64,000 nt of DNA, taken from NCBI RefSeq assembly GCF_009914755.1, contig NC_060932.1. The stretch is one strand, 5' to 3'. Position 1 is the stretch's first letter; every line of letters starts with the position of its first letter. Positions 15,270 to 30,930 of this stretch are shown piece by piece. The DNA is from the human T2T-CHM13v2.0 reference genome, Homo sapiens. The notes below the pieces were generated by a model. It worked only from the letters and a program-made list of their open reading frames with translations, was not told the DNA's origin and did no database searches. A program made the translations under genes and the position numbers.

Positions 15270-15860
15270 CTAACAAAGCACTGTCAGATCAACAACACCT
15301 GCCAGATTGAGGCAAGCATTCAGTCCACCTGGCAGATGTCTAACCCCTGTGGCACTGGAATCCTACATAATTAACTCCACTTGCTGTGCTTCCACACACA
15401 CCAAGCTTCCCTCTGGAAACTGCCTTTTCAAGGAGATAATTCACTATCAGGCTGATAGAGTAATTCAGTTATGCCCTATTCTGTTGTTCACTGTGAATTA
15501 ATAAAGTCACATTCTTTTTTTCTCAGTACATCAGTGTCTTGTGAGTTTTGTTAGCATAAATCTGCATTCCTGAGTCCAGTCAGTGAGACCGGGTATCAGA
15601 GTCTGCAAGGCTTATCAGGGTAAATACTACCTTGTGGCCATCTGTTGGCACAGACTGCTGGATTCCCCAGGTGATGCCCATCTGCATCGTTTTGTGCCAT
15701 GTTTCCTTTCCATTCCACACTGGAGTTCTCAGAAGTTATTAAGAACTCCCTAATAATGTGCACATTCCAGTTAGAGAGTACTAAGCTATGTTACCCCATG
15801 ACAGTTGACCTCTTCTGGGTGAATATTATCTGATTGATTTTGCAAATTCCACACCTGTAT
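15270..15860. promoter_or_regulatory. Candidate enhancer (bHLH E-box/homeodomain/GATA cluster)
   Basis: CACCTG 15296, 15326, 15853; CAGATG 15333; CATCTG 15639, 15679; TAATTA 15368; CTTATCA 15611; no repeat recognised. Confidence 0.4.
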
Positions 15861-15894
15861 GGATGAAGAGAATATATATTGTAGATGCTAGATC

Positions 15895-16209
15895 ATGAGG
15901 ACTCCCAACACCTCATTTCTAGTCCTGGCTTCACAGCCTCTTCTGGTCCTCATCTCACTATCAGCATTGATCCTGGCATCATATTCAAGTCCCCTCCTAA
16001 CCCGGGTCTCTCTTGAGACAGTGAGAACTAAAGAAGATGGAAGACACAATGATTTCAACAAGATTAAGGATAAGGATGCAAGTAGAGCAGGCAGGGAACG
16101 AGGTTATAGAAACTTTTTATTCCATTTCCATCTGTCTCTCTTTCCTCACAACAGTCCCAATAGCATTTCAAAGGGTTTCAAGTTCCATGTAAGTTATAGA
16201 AAAAAATAA
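15895..16209 (+). other. Non-repeat 104-aa ORF of unknown status (not called as a gene)
   Basis: ATG start, hydrophobic N-terminal stretch LLVLISLSALILAS, stop overlaps AATAAA; no recognisable homology. Confidence 0.15.
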
Positions 16210-17181
16210 AGCACAAGTTCTCTGTGACATGTTCAGCTTATCTATGAATATAACGGAACTGAAACCATATTTCAATAAATTATTAACAGCAATCCCTTGC
16301 CAAGAAGGATATCAGCACAGATAACAGGGCAAATCCATTATAACTCTTAAGCAAATCCTGGAATTTTAAAAAAATTGAATAGTGTATCAAATAAGTGCAC
16401 TGTTAGCTGGGACTTCATTAAACAGCATTTTTTTTCCTTTCTTTCCTGTTCCTCCCCCTTTCCCACCAGCTTCCAGCCAGAATAATTGATAACTAAATCT
16501 CACCATGAATTTGTTGGGAATTTACCCACAATAGTTCTCAATTTATTTTAAGATTTAAAATAATATATTTTTAAATAGTAGATTAAGACTTTACAGAAAT
16601 TTCAGATAGGATAATACAGAACCTTGAAAAGACTTATTTTTTACAAACTTCCTTAAAAATTCTTAATTGTTCTAACAGTCACAGTTTTGTTTATGTATAC
16701 AATTGGAGTTCTGCAGTAAGACACTGTGGGGTTATTAGTACATATATCAAATTCATGAGGCTCCTATTCCTGTATATTGTTACAGAGCTGTTCTTGTATA
16801 TTGATGTTTAATGATATGGGGCCGAATTGTTATTCAAATAATTACAGCCCATTCCTGATTATTTAGATGCTGATTAACTAGTCAATGACTTATTCCCTTT
16901 GACAAAATTTCCCACCCTCTGGCTTTCCTTTGATGTTAATGAGGAAGAGGATCCAGTTTTCATCCCATTTGGCAAGGTTGGTTTCATGGACTGAGCCACT
17001 CTGGATGTAAGATCAGTAGCTACTCTGTAGACTTTATGGTAATGGAAGTTAGGTTAGGTTGCATCAGAACACTCAAAAGTCAAGCCTATCACCATATTTG
17101 AGAAGAAACTCACAGTATTTGATATACCTTAGTGGATTTGAAACAACATCTTATGTTACAAAAAAATAGCATTTTAAAAAT

Positions 17182-17537
<356 letters not shown>

Positions 17538-17976
17538 TTAAAAAGAAAAATCATACCACTTCCTTCAATAAATAATTAATTAGAGGCTGAACATAACATT
17601 TGTAAAAATATACCCAGAATTTGCAAAACTACCTGGATTTTTCAGAACTTACATACATTTTACCAAAGTGCATGAGATAGTATCAAGATTCCTGCTAATA
17701 GAAAAGTATATAACCTGTGCTGTAAATAAAGATAAAAGAGTAGAGTGAGTCAGAGAAAGATGGTCACCTGAGAAGTAAGTAAGTGTGTCGCCCACTCTGA
17801 TCCCTGCCCCTTCTTGCTCATTGCTGAGGCCACTGTCAGCCTTTGTTTTCTCTTTCCTACTGTTGAGGGTCAGGGTCTAAACAGAGATTCACTGGACTGA
17901 ACTGAAAAGACAACTAGATTATAGAACAGAATTCTCCTGAAGTTGGGCAGCATTAGGGCAAGCTGAAGTGTGCAGT

Positions 17977-18278
17977 TTTTCTTTTTCTTTTTTTTTTTTT
18001 GAGACGGAGTCTTGCTCTGTCTCCCAGGCTGGAGTGCAGTGGCAGATCTTGGCTCACTTCAACCTCCTCCTCCCGGGTTCAAGCCATTCTTCTGCCTCAG
18101 CCTCCCGAGTAGCTGGGACTACAGGCACAAGCCTCCACCCCTGGCTAATTTTTGTGTTTTTAGTAGAGATGGGGTTTCACCATATTGGCCAGGCTGGTCT
18201 TGAACTCCTGACCTCGTGATCAGCCCGCCTTGGCCTCCCAAAGTGTTGGGATTCCAGGCTTGAGCCACCACGCCTGGC
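17977..18278 (-). mobile_element. AluS
   Basis: PolyT + gagacggagtcttgc... cacgcctggc. Confidence 0.9.
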
Positions 18279-18839
18279 TTACAGCTTTCAGAATTACATT
18301 ACTGTCTTCAGACACTGACATACTTTATAATGAAGCCAATCTTTCACATACTGGCAGCACAGGGACCTTGTATAAATGGCTGAGTAAACAGAGGTAACTT
18401 TTCTCCTTCTATTCTGCCTTTCTGAATTCTTTTTCTGCATCACCTGTTCTTCAATCTTCCTGCAGCCCTTTAACTCTTCTTATTTTTGTCCCTTTGGGCA
18501 ATTTTACCATAAGGCTTGATAGCATTAAGTAAATCCCTGCATGTGTGTCTGTGTCTTGTGTGTAATGGTTATTTTTTTTTTGTTAGTTTGTAATGCACTT
18601 AGCATATTCCTGTCTAATCAAGTAAACACCAACAGTAATATTTCTTAAATTTGTAGAATTATTGGTTTTTGACAGCCTGAAAATCATCCTCAAAAAAAAG
18701 GTATATAAACACAAAATGTTAGGAACAACTGCATGGTATTCATGCACCCCTGGTATCTATTTATGGATCCCAGCTGGGTTCAGATCCCTTTCCCATTTTG
18801 TAGTTTCAAAATTAGCAGCTTCCATGGTCACTGGTGGTA

Positions 18840-19075
18840 CAGGTTGAGTATCCCTTATCCAAAATACCTGGGACCAGAAGTGTTTTGGATTTCAGACTTT
18901 TTTGAATTTTGGAATATTGGCACTATTCTTACGGGTTGAATATCCCTAATCTGAAAATCTGAAGTCCAAAATGCTCCAATGAGCATTTCCTTTGAGCACG
19001 AGGTCAGTCCTCAAAAAGCTTTGAATTTTATGGCATTTCGGATTTTGTATTTTCAGATTAAGGATACTGAACCTG
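18840..19075. mobile_element. Tigger4a (MER46A)-type TcMar MITE, 236 bp
   Basis: Terminal inverted repeats caggttgagtatccctt / aaggatactgaacctg, preceded by TA; internal second TIR-like ggttgaatatccctaatc. Confidence 0.85.
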
Positions 19076-19084
19076 AATTTGGAA

Positions 19085-20205
19085 ATACATTTATTCATCA
19101 GATACTCATGGGATGCTTACTATGTGCCAGAAAATGTGCAGGGCACTGAAATAGAGTGAAAAAGACATTGGCTCACCCATGAAAATGTATAATGCAGTTG
19201 AGGGGAGATAGGCAATCAAATATACAATTATAATACAGAATACATTCAATAATAGTGGAAGTACATATACTTAAAAGAGCATGTCAGATGAGTATTTAAG
19301 TCAGCCTTAGGGCATCAAGAAATTCTCCTTACAGTTATATCTGGGTCGTTTGTTTTCTGAAGAAGAAGGAATGCTACGTTTAAAGTTAAGAGAGTTACAG
19401 ATTTATGTGTCATATTGAGAAATTTGGATTTGATTTTAAAGGACCTTACATTGAAGGTTAATAAGAATTGATCTGTAACTGAAAAAGATAACTGTAGGAT
19501 GGAGGTGGGTTGGAGGAAGCAGAGTCAGAGGTTGGGCCCATAGTAAGCCAGGTAAACAGTAGTGGTGATTTTAACAAAAGTACTCATAGTGTAAGTTGAA
19601 AAGAAGTGAATGAGTTGAAAATATAAGAATTGGAAATCACAGAATTTAGTAATTGAATTTATTCCTTCCACAAATATTGTTGAGCTGCTATGTGTTAGGC
19701 ATTCTGTTAGATATGGTGGGGAACAAGAGAGACACCCTGTCTGTCCTCAAGTCTAGTGGTGTTGACTTCAGGGCTTTTAGAGTGGACAATTTCAGTGGGT
19801 GATGATGCCATTTACCAGAAATGGAACAGACAGGTGTCTCAGACCAAAGATCCCTAGATGTGAGAACTGCTTCCTTAATGCCCCTTTTGAGATTTCAAGA
19901 TGTCCATGTGATTGAGAATCACTGTGTCTAATGGAAGTGTATCTCTATGTAAACAATAACTGGGGGGGGAGTTTGAGAACCACTGTTACAGGTGACAGTT
20001 GAAGCCAGGAAGTAGATATTACCCAGGAAATATATGTAGAAAGAGAGGAAAGGATGGCTGAGGATTGAACCTGGCAAACCCATGGAGAGAAAAGAGGAAG
20101 CTGATGGGGAAACGAGCAGAGTATAAAGAATCTAACATATTTGATCCCGTAGAATCAAAGGGAAGAAAAGCAATATGGCAGCAACAGACAGCTGAAGGGC
20201 ATATT
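19085..20205 (-). mobile_element. L2 fragment
   Basis: atttattcatcagatactcatgggatgcttactatgtgccag (L2 3' end reversed) and downstream purine-rich L2-like text. Confidence 0.6.
19123..19448 (+). repeat. Donor copy of ~313-326 bp local duplication
   Basis: Aligns to 20929-21241; 13 mismatches in the first 204 bp. Confidence 0.92.
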
Positions 20206-20928
20206 GGATGGGCTCCTGGTTCAAGGTGTTGACCTGAGCTTACATATGAGACACCACATGTTCACCACCACCTCCACCATCCCACTCCAGTTGTATCACC
20301 TCTAAAGTGTCCAAATGAAATTAGTAGGAAAAAGTCTTTATCACTGCAGACCACCAAGAAAAGATGCCATGCAAATGCCTAGCTTAACAAAACTTGGTTC
20401 CAGCAAGAACTGTTAGCTTATGGTTCATCCCATGCTAAGGAGGACCCTGCCTGGAAAGTAAACAGAGGGCCCTCTGACCAGTGCTCACAAATACCCTTCA
20501 GCTTACAACAGCAGGAGCTAGAGACCTGGGTGAACTACAGAGTAGTTGTGGAAGAGGAGGGGGGACATATTTTGAAATGTCTGGAGCCTCTGGTAATTAC
20601 ATAGGTACTAGAGAACAGAGTCCCCCACTCACAGCACAAACGCATACCCATGCGATGGCTCAGAATTCTCACCTGGTTTACTCTCAGCAAAGTCAGGCTA
20701 ACTGCAGAAGAGACAGTGCTAGCTGCCTGTGGGTCACAGTGATAGACAAGGAGAGGAGAGTCATCTTTAAGCTGCAGTCACTTTTTTTTTCTTTTGCTGG
20801 AACCTAAAAGTTTATATCAAAAACCCACAACATTTTTGATAGAACACTCACAATTCTCAATATTGGTTACATGTAGACTCTATCTGGGTAAGCAATGTGG
20901 AAAAAAAATCACCAGACATGGAAATGTC

Positions 20929-21241
20929 TGTGCCAGAAACTATGCAGGGCACTGAGATAGAGTGAAAAAGACATTGGCTCACCCCTGAAAATGTATGATG
21001 CAGTTGAGGGGAGACAGGCAATCAAATATACAATTGTAATAGAGAATACATTCAATAATAGTGGACGTATATATACTTAAGAGAGCATGTCAGATGAGTA
21101 TTTAAGTCAGCTTTAGGGCATCAGGAAATTCTTACAGTGACAGGATTGTTCTCTGAAGAAGTAGTGCTATGTTTAAAGTCAAGAGAGTTACAGACTTATG
21201 TGTCATATCGAGAAATTTGGATTTGATTTTAAAGGGCCTTA
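20929..21241 (+). repeat. Inserted copy of ~313 bp local duplication
   Basis: Copy of 19123-19448 lying inside unrelated sequence. Confidence 0.92.
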
Positions 21242-22857
21242 AGCTGAAAGATGTTCCAAAAGGAAGATCCAAAAGGATCTGTTCCAAAAGGAGAAGATTG
21301 TGAGCAACCATAGCAAATGGGCTCCTTTGAAGCAACCTTGCAAAAATAATAATTTTTTAAAAAAAAAAACCTCTAAATTTCTAATGTGTATTGTCATTGA
21401 AAATTGAGGAGTGATTGTGTTGATAAAATCAAGAATCATATCTCAATGTTATTAAATAGAAAGTAATGATGATTCACTCTTAAACATATTCTAACAAAAT
21501 TATTATATTTTAAGGAATTATAAGAACTATAAAGAACTATAAGCATCCAGATGTGTGAGAGTCAGGTAAGGTGGAGTGAGGGAGGCGATAGTTATCTCAA
21601 AAGAAAGAGAATTACTTTGTATCCAATTACCTAATAGTCCCGCATGCTAAAAATAATGGAGCATCCGTCACCTTAGGCATTAGAGGGGAAAAGCCTCAAA
21701 TTTTACAGCTTGCTGAGGCATCTTTTCTTCAAAGAGCAACAGGAAGATCATCTTTGTCACTGAAAGACTCACAACATATCCCACTTCTGTATAAATCCCC
21801 CAAAAAGCAAAATTTATAAAGACATTCTGGAGCCACATAAGTAATTAGTCAGAATAAAGAACTCAAGAAAGGGAAGATATTGTAAGAGTTTTTTTTTTAA
21901 GTAGCATAGAATTAATTGTGACTAGCAGTTGTTAACAGAGTGGTGTGCCATAAAGCTAATGATAAATGATTCCTCAAAAAAGAATAATGTAACAGACTAA
22001 TAGCAGGGATCTACAATTATAGAATGTTTCTCAACAATTAGGCAGGAGGAAGACAAAAGAGTCCAAGGAGAGTAAAAAATGGCTGTTTTATAATTAGCAT
22101 TGATTAAAAAAATACAGGATAAAGAAAGTTCAAAGTTGAGCAGTAGCAGAGTAAAAATAGGATGAATAATTTCCTAAGTTACTCATTCTGTTCATTAAAG
22201 AGAGGAGGGGAAAAAACTTAATCAATATGGCTAAGGGGAGAGGGAACTTCTTAACCTATATGGCTAAGGGAGGGGGAAAGAAACCATTCTGGAAGCATAA
22301 AAAAACAAAATGTAGCTTTAAATTAAAACCAAACATTTATTACCATGCAGTGACTACCCTATGTTGTTAAAAGACAAGGATTCGAATTGGCTTTTAAAAA
22401 AAATTCAGCCACTATATGATCCAAAGGTACATCTTTAAAAATATCATAATGGAGAGGTTGAAAACACATACCAGACAACAAACTAAAAAATTTGGGGTGC
22501 TACTGTTGAATTAGAGGCAAAAGTATTATACTGTGCAACTTTATTATTTTTTGCTGTTAAAAATTCAGTAAACACTGTCAAAGCAATCCTCATAAAACTT
22601 TCGTCCTATCAGAAGACATTTAGAAGTACAAGGATTGGAAGAAACACAACTGCTGCTGCAATTTGGACTTTTTTTTCAGAGTAAATGAACATTCGCACAC
22701 AAAAAAAGATATAGAGGAGCGACTGCTCAAAGCTTAAACTAATAACTACACACTGTACTTTGTATGCTACAGAAAGTAATTTACAAGATCAATTAAATAT
22801 TTATAAGATTTATACTGGCCACAAAGTGAATTTTAAGGGATTTTAAACATTGAAATT

Positions 22858-23216
<359 letters not shown>

Positions 23217-23609
23217 TTACATCAAATATTAACTGAAATAATAATTTGAAATTTAAAAAAGAAACTTATCTATAACACAAGTCAAAGGCTACGTCAAAAC
23301 TATAGTTAAAAATGATTCACAAGTTAATGGCAAGAACATACATAACTTACCAAAATGTGTAGGTGGGAAGAGGGTTTATCAAAATTAGAGGAAAATTGTT
23401 GCCTTATTAAGCTCGATAGCATAAACATAAGTGAGTTACACAGCAATGCAAGGAAAAATCTAAAAAAAATACTAAGGATAGAAAAATGAAAGAATAATGA
23501 CAATAGCAGCAATTAATGAATTAGAAAAGCAGAAAAACAATAAAATGATCAATCTAAGAGCTGGATTACTGAAAATTGAAACAAAATTAAGATCAAAAGA
23601 AAATATGAA

Positions 23610-24338
<729 letters not shown>

Positions 24339-24594
24339 CCAAAAATGTTTCTTAAATGACCAAAATGAGCTTCAAATGGCTAACAACTATAAATGACATT
24401 GACAAAAACAGAATTTAAAGAAAGACTCCTCCCTCCCCCAAAATGCAAATTCCAGACATATTTATCACTCAATACTGTCAAACTTTGAAGGAACACAAAT
24501 GTCCTATGTTATCTAATCTATTTCAAAGCATGGAAATGTCTTGTGAAACTTTGCATTTTATTTTATGAAGCTAGGGTATCTATGACCAAATTAT

Positions 24595-24860
24595 TTTTTT
24601 CCTCATCTTTATTGAGGTATGATTGAAAAATAAAAACATTATGTACAAGTCTACAACTTGATGTTTCGATATAGATATAAATTATGAAATAGTCACCACA
24701 ATCAAGGTAATTAACATATCTGACACCGCATAATTACCATTTTCTTTTTTTTCTTTTTCTCTTGTGTGGTTAAAATACTTAAGATCAGCATTCTTAAGTA
24801 TTTCAAACCAATCTCCAGTATACTATATAATATTGTTAACTATAGTCACGTTGCTTTACT
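24595..24860 (-). mobile_element. L1MA-type 3' end fragment
   Basis: tttattgaggtatgattgaaaaataaaaac...caccacaatcaaggtaattaacatatc...ttaactatagtcacgttg. Confidence 0.8.
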
Positions 24861-24902
24861 ATGATTAAATTCTGTATTTTTTTTTTTCTTAAAATATTAA
24901 GA

Positions 24903-25200
24903 GGCCTGGCATGGTGACTCACACCTCTAATTCTAGCACTTTGGGAGGCTGAGTGGGGCAGGATTGCTTGAGCCCAGGAGTTAGAGACCAGCCTGGGCAA
25001 CATGGTGAAACCCTGTCTCCAAAAAATAACAAAAAAAAAATTAGCTGGGAGTAGTATCGTGTACCTGTAGTCCCAGCTACTCAGGAGGCTAAGGTGGGAA
25101 GATTACCTGAGCCCAGGAGGTCAAGGCTGCAGTGAGCCGTGTTCATGCCACTGCACTTGAGCATAGGTGACAGAGTGAGACATTGTCTCCAAAAAAAAAA
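24903..25200 (+). mobile_element. AluJ
   Basis: gagcccaggaggtcaaggctgcagtgagcc. Confidence 0.9.
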
Positions 25201-25292
25201 GTTAAGGACACTTCCACTAAAACCACATATAGGAAATCTTAAGTCAAATAGCAAATATTAATAAAATCTGGCAGAATATTGAAAGATTCCTA

Positions 25293-25604
<312 letters not shown>

Positions 25605-26276
25605 TCACTAATGTAGCATTTGTTCATCATTAGAAAAATCCATAAAATGGTAACCACATTAAGAGATCAAGAGGAAAGCCATTTTCAGTCATTATTACTA
25701 AGACAAGTTGTAATATTACTCTAGAGTAATAGAGTGCTAGTGAACAAGTGGTGAACTAAAGTGACCACTTTCCTTGTGAAACTTAAGTTCCAATGGGAGA
25801 ATGACAGTAAACAGACAACTATTATAATAAGTGCATGGAAGATTTTGGTGTATGTTAGATTTTCAAATCTGTAGAGAAAAGTTGGCTCATTCAATAAAAA
25901 TTTTGAAACCATTGATTAATGTCTTAATAACTATATGTTAAATCTAAAATTTATACTTTAGATTTAAATATGTTACAAATGAATTGAAGATTTTAAGATT
26001 AAAAATTGAAACTAAAGTGTGAAAAGAAACAGTCCGGGGTGTTTATATTACCTTATGTTCTGTTTGACCTTTTCAGTCATGTCAGAAGGAAGCATGCTTG
26101 GGAAGATTTATGAGCTGAAGGATAATATTGCCCTACTTCTGAGACAATAAAGACAAAAGCAATTGCTTCAAACTTGCAAGCATTCAGCAAAGCATAACAT
26201 GGTTGCAAGATGTATTATATTTGAAGATTTTGCATATAAAGAACTGAAACTGCAAGGGGCAAAATTAATATCATCA

Positions 26277-26595
<319 letters not shown>

Positions 26596-26744
26596 TCAAG
26601 TGTATTCTATGTATTACCTCATGTAGTACTGAAGACAGTCATTGGAAGTATGCAGATAGGGTTTTACAGGGAAGGATATGGAGACACAGAGGATCATAGT
26701 AGCTTGCCCTAGGGCACTCAGGTATAATAATTGGCAGAGCCAGC

Positions 26745-27087
<343 letters not shown>

Positions 27088-27821
27088 TTATTATACTGTT
27101 TCGAACATGGTTCTGAATTTTAAAGATCTCAAAAAACAGGTTCCTTAAGATGAATTCAGAGAGGGGAGAAATTTCACTTAATCTGCTTCAAGAGTAAGTT
27201 TGGATGATAGCATCCCCACATCACAGCTGACAGTCCATTTGGAGCTTATAAGAATCCCTTTCTCACCTACATGCAGTCTTTGTCAGAAAGATGTTCATGG
27301 GGAGTGTTCGGGACTCAAGTTTCATTCAGCTGACAAAATAACTTCCAGAAAATCACTTTGAAAAAATTTTGGGCAAAACATTTCTCTATTTACTCCAAAA
27401 CAAATGAGTGGACTTTGAATGCCACCTACTCACTTCACCAACATACATTTTTAGAGCTGGTTTTTCTCCATTTGTGACTATAAAAGGAAAGCAGTGCAAT
27501 CAGCCTGGCCCACTTTGAGTTCTCTTTCCCACACCCAGTTTGATTGAAGGACACAAGATTCCTTCAAGCAAGAATACTCAGTGCTTATGTGGGCATCACA
27601 TGATCAAAGTTTCTAAGCAAAAATGTTTTTTTCCCAAAACCTGACATTGTTTTAGGTTTGGGATGATGGTGATCATTATTATTATTATTTCAAACATTAA
27701 AGGCAGACCTGAGATTTTTAAGTTTCTTTAAGGTGGTGTGAACTTTTGAAAACATTCAGAAATTACCAGCTGCTATTGGGAGGAATTAAAAATAAAAAAG
27801 GAAAAAACATTGGGAAACAGT

Positions 27822-28162
<341 letters not shown>

Positions 28163-28498
28163 TAAAGATAGTTATAATGTTTTTCTTTTTAAAAAAAAAG
28201 CATCCTTTCATCCACCCAGATTTTTCTAGCCCTCTTACTTTAATTAATCCAAAAAAGATGTGTTATAGCCTATTAAGGTTAGACTACCTCTATTGATATA
28301 TTGCTGTGGAAATGTTCATAGCATTAAACAACTACTGTTTCCTTACTGTAAGTAAACATTTATTAACTAAAAACAACCTGCTTTTACTTGTTTCACTTAT
28401 ATTCTCATGAATTCAGATTTGTCTTAAATTTTTATAGCTATAATTTCATCCAATTCTTATTTATTTGGTCATATGTCTCTTGCAGACATTTCTTCGGA

Positions 28499-28693
<195 letters not shown>

Positions 28694-30102
28694 TAAATCA
28701 GTCTGAATCCTGATCTTTACGCAGGAAGATTTATGTTGACAGTTGATAATAATGTTGATTATAACATTAGTATTAACCTACATTCACTAAATCTTTACTA
28801 GGTGACAGTAAAACAACATGCACAATATGATCCTATTTTTATAAAATATATTTTAATTTATGATATGCCGTGCAGAAAAATTATATAGCAGCTGTTAAAA
28901 GTAGTTGTCTTTGATGGTAGGACTGCAAATGATCTGAATTTTTATGTGTGTGTTTAAAATTTCTCTAGTAAAAGCATAGTGGTTCCATAATTTAAAAGTT
29001 TAATAAGGGAATAATATAGTCAGCTATAGGACAAAGCAGATAAATGTCAATAGCTTTCTTATATACTACCCATACCCATTAGAAAGTTTCAGGGAGACGC
29101 AGGGAACAGAATAAATAAGCAAACAAAAATTCCATTCTCAATAATGACATAATACAGAAAATGCCCACAAATGAACTGGAAAAAAAAGTATTTTCAAAAA
29201 GAAAACTTAAATTTTTGAGAGATCTTTGAAACAATGGAAAATTATATCACGGGTCTTAATGGGAAGACAGTGATTTTTAAATGGGAGAGACTTGAATATG
29301 ATTAAATATTAATGTAGAAGAGGAAACTTAGAGTTTACATACAACAGAAGGAATAGTTTTTCAAGTAGACTCAGTGAATATGGGTAGACATGGAGTTTGA
29401 GTGAGAGCTAGAAAATAGATTTTTTTCAAAACCTGACATTGACTTTTCCAAGTTTCCAGCATATATTCCTGGGCAGAAGATCTCAATAATAGCAAAAATA
29501 GCAACCACTTATTGGATGCCCGTTATGTCTTAGACAATGGAATAGTTATTTTCATAATTAGCTGACTTCATCTTTACCACCTTCTGCAAGCTATCTTCAT
29601 TAACTCCACTTTTTAAATAAAGAAGCAGGCTTTTAAAGCAAAGTTAAATCATTTGCTCAAGGTCTTACAGGAGCTAAATGTCAGAGCTGGGATTTGAACC
29701 TAGACCTGTAATCTAACATCTTTTTTCCCTACAGTATACTGCATTATACTGCCACCATAAGACCTGGACCTCAGAAGGGGAAGCAGGCTTAGGGTTAGAC
29801 TTTTTAACATGCTGGATCTAAGAGATTTACACAATATCACTTTGGTGATAAACCATTGAAATATGGTCTGGAGTCTGAGGAAAGAATCAGCTGAAAATAT
29901 ACTTACAGATGTCATCTGGAGATGGTTGAATCCTTGTAATCCTAGCTGAGATTGCCCAGGAGAGTATAGTCAGCAAAAAGAGGATAGCACCAATTCTGGG
30001 AACACGAACTTTTAAGAGACTAGTAAAGAGAAGCTAATGTATGAGACTGGAAAGGGATGACAGAAAGAAGAGAAGCAAATGTGTAAAATAACACACCCCT
30101 AC

Positions 30103-30395
30103 CGGCCGGGCACAGTGGCTCACGCCTATAATCCCAGCACTTTGAGAGGCCAAGGGGGGCAGATCACAAGGTAAGGAGATTGAGACCAACCTGGCTAACA
30201 CGGTGAAACCCTGTCTCTACTAAAAATACAAAAATTAGCTGGATGTGGTGGTGGGTGCCTGTAGTCCCAGCTACTCGGGAGGCGAGACAGGAGAATGGCG
30301 TGAACCCAGGAGGCGGAGCTCGCAGTGAGCTGAGATCCCGCCACTGCACTCCAGCCTGGGCGACAGAGCGAGACTCTGTCTCAAAAAAAAGAGAA
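30103..30395 (+). mobile_element. AluY-like
   Basis: ctggctaacacggtgaaac, gaatggcgtgaacc, ggagctcgcagtg. Confidence 0.9.
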
Positions 30396-30398
30396 AAA

Positions 30399-30546
30399 CC
30401 CTGTTTCATCAGTATTAAGATTTATATTTTCTTGCATTTGACTATCTCAAAAATTGGCATGTGTCTTATTATCAATGAGGTCTTGTAATTGGCAGTACAC
30501 AAATTAGTAGTACATAAATGGGACATCTTATAACTGAAGGAATATT
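30399..30546. mobile_element. MER104/Kanga-like TcMar fragment
   Basis: ccctgtttcatcagtattaagat...catttgactatctcaaaaattggcatgtgtctta resembles the recalled consensus end. Confidence 0.45.
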
Positions 30547-30689
30547 TTAATCTGGTAGTTGATGGTTTAAAAATCAATCATGCTTATCCATTTCTAAATT
30601 ATTTTAGAATGAAAGCATACCTTTAACTTGTATAAGTCTATTTAAGCAGTGCATAGATTAGATTAAATGAATGGTTATCTGTTAGATGG

Positions 30690-30930
30690 GTAGTTCCGGA
30701 GTTAAGAGCGCAAGCTCCGGAAAGAGCCAAGGTTATTTAAAGTGTCCTCACCTACCAGCTGAGTCCTTTGGGTGAAACTCTTTACTCCCTTAAGCCTAAA
30801 TTTTCTTACCTATAGAACACAGATTAAAAGTCTCTATTTCTTAAGATTGTTGTAAGGATTAAATGATATAGTACATGTAAAGTACTTAGCACTGTGCCTG
30901 GCAAATGGTAAGCTCTCAGTCAATGATAGG
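30690..30930 (+). mobile_element. MIR
   Basis: gattgttgtaaggattaaatgatatagtacatgtaaagtacttagcactgtgcctggca. Confidence 0.8.
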
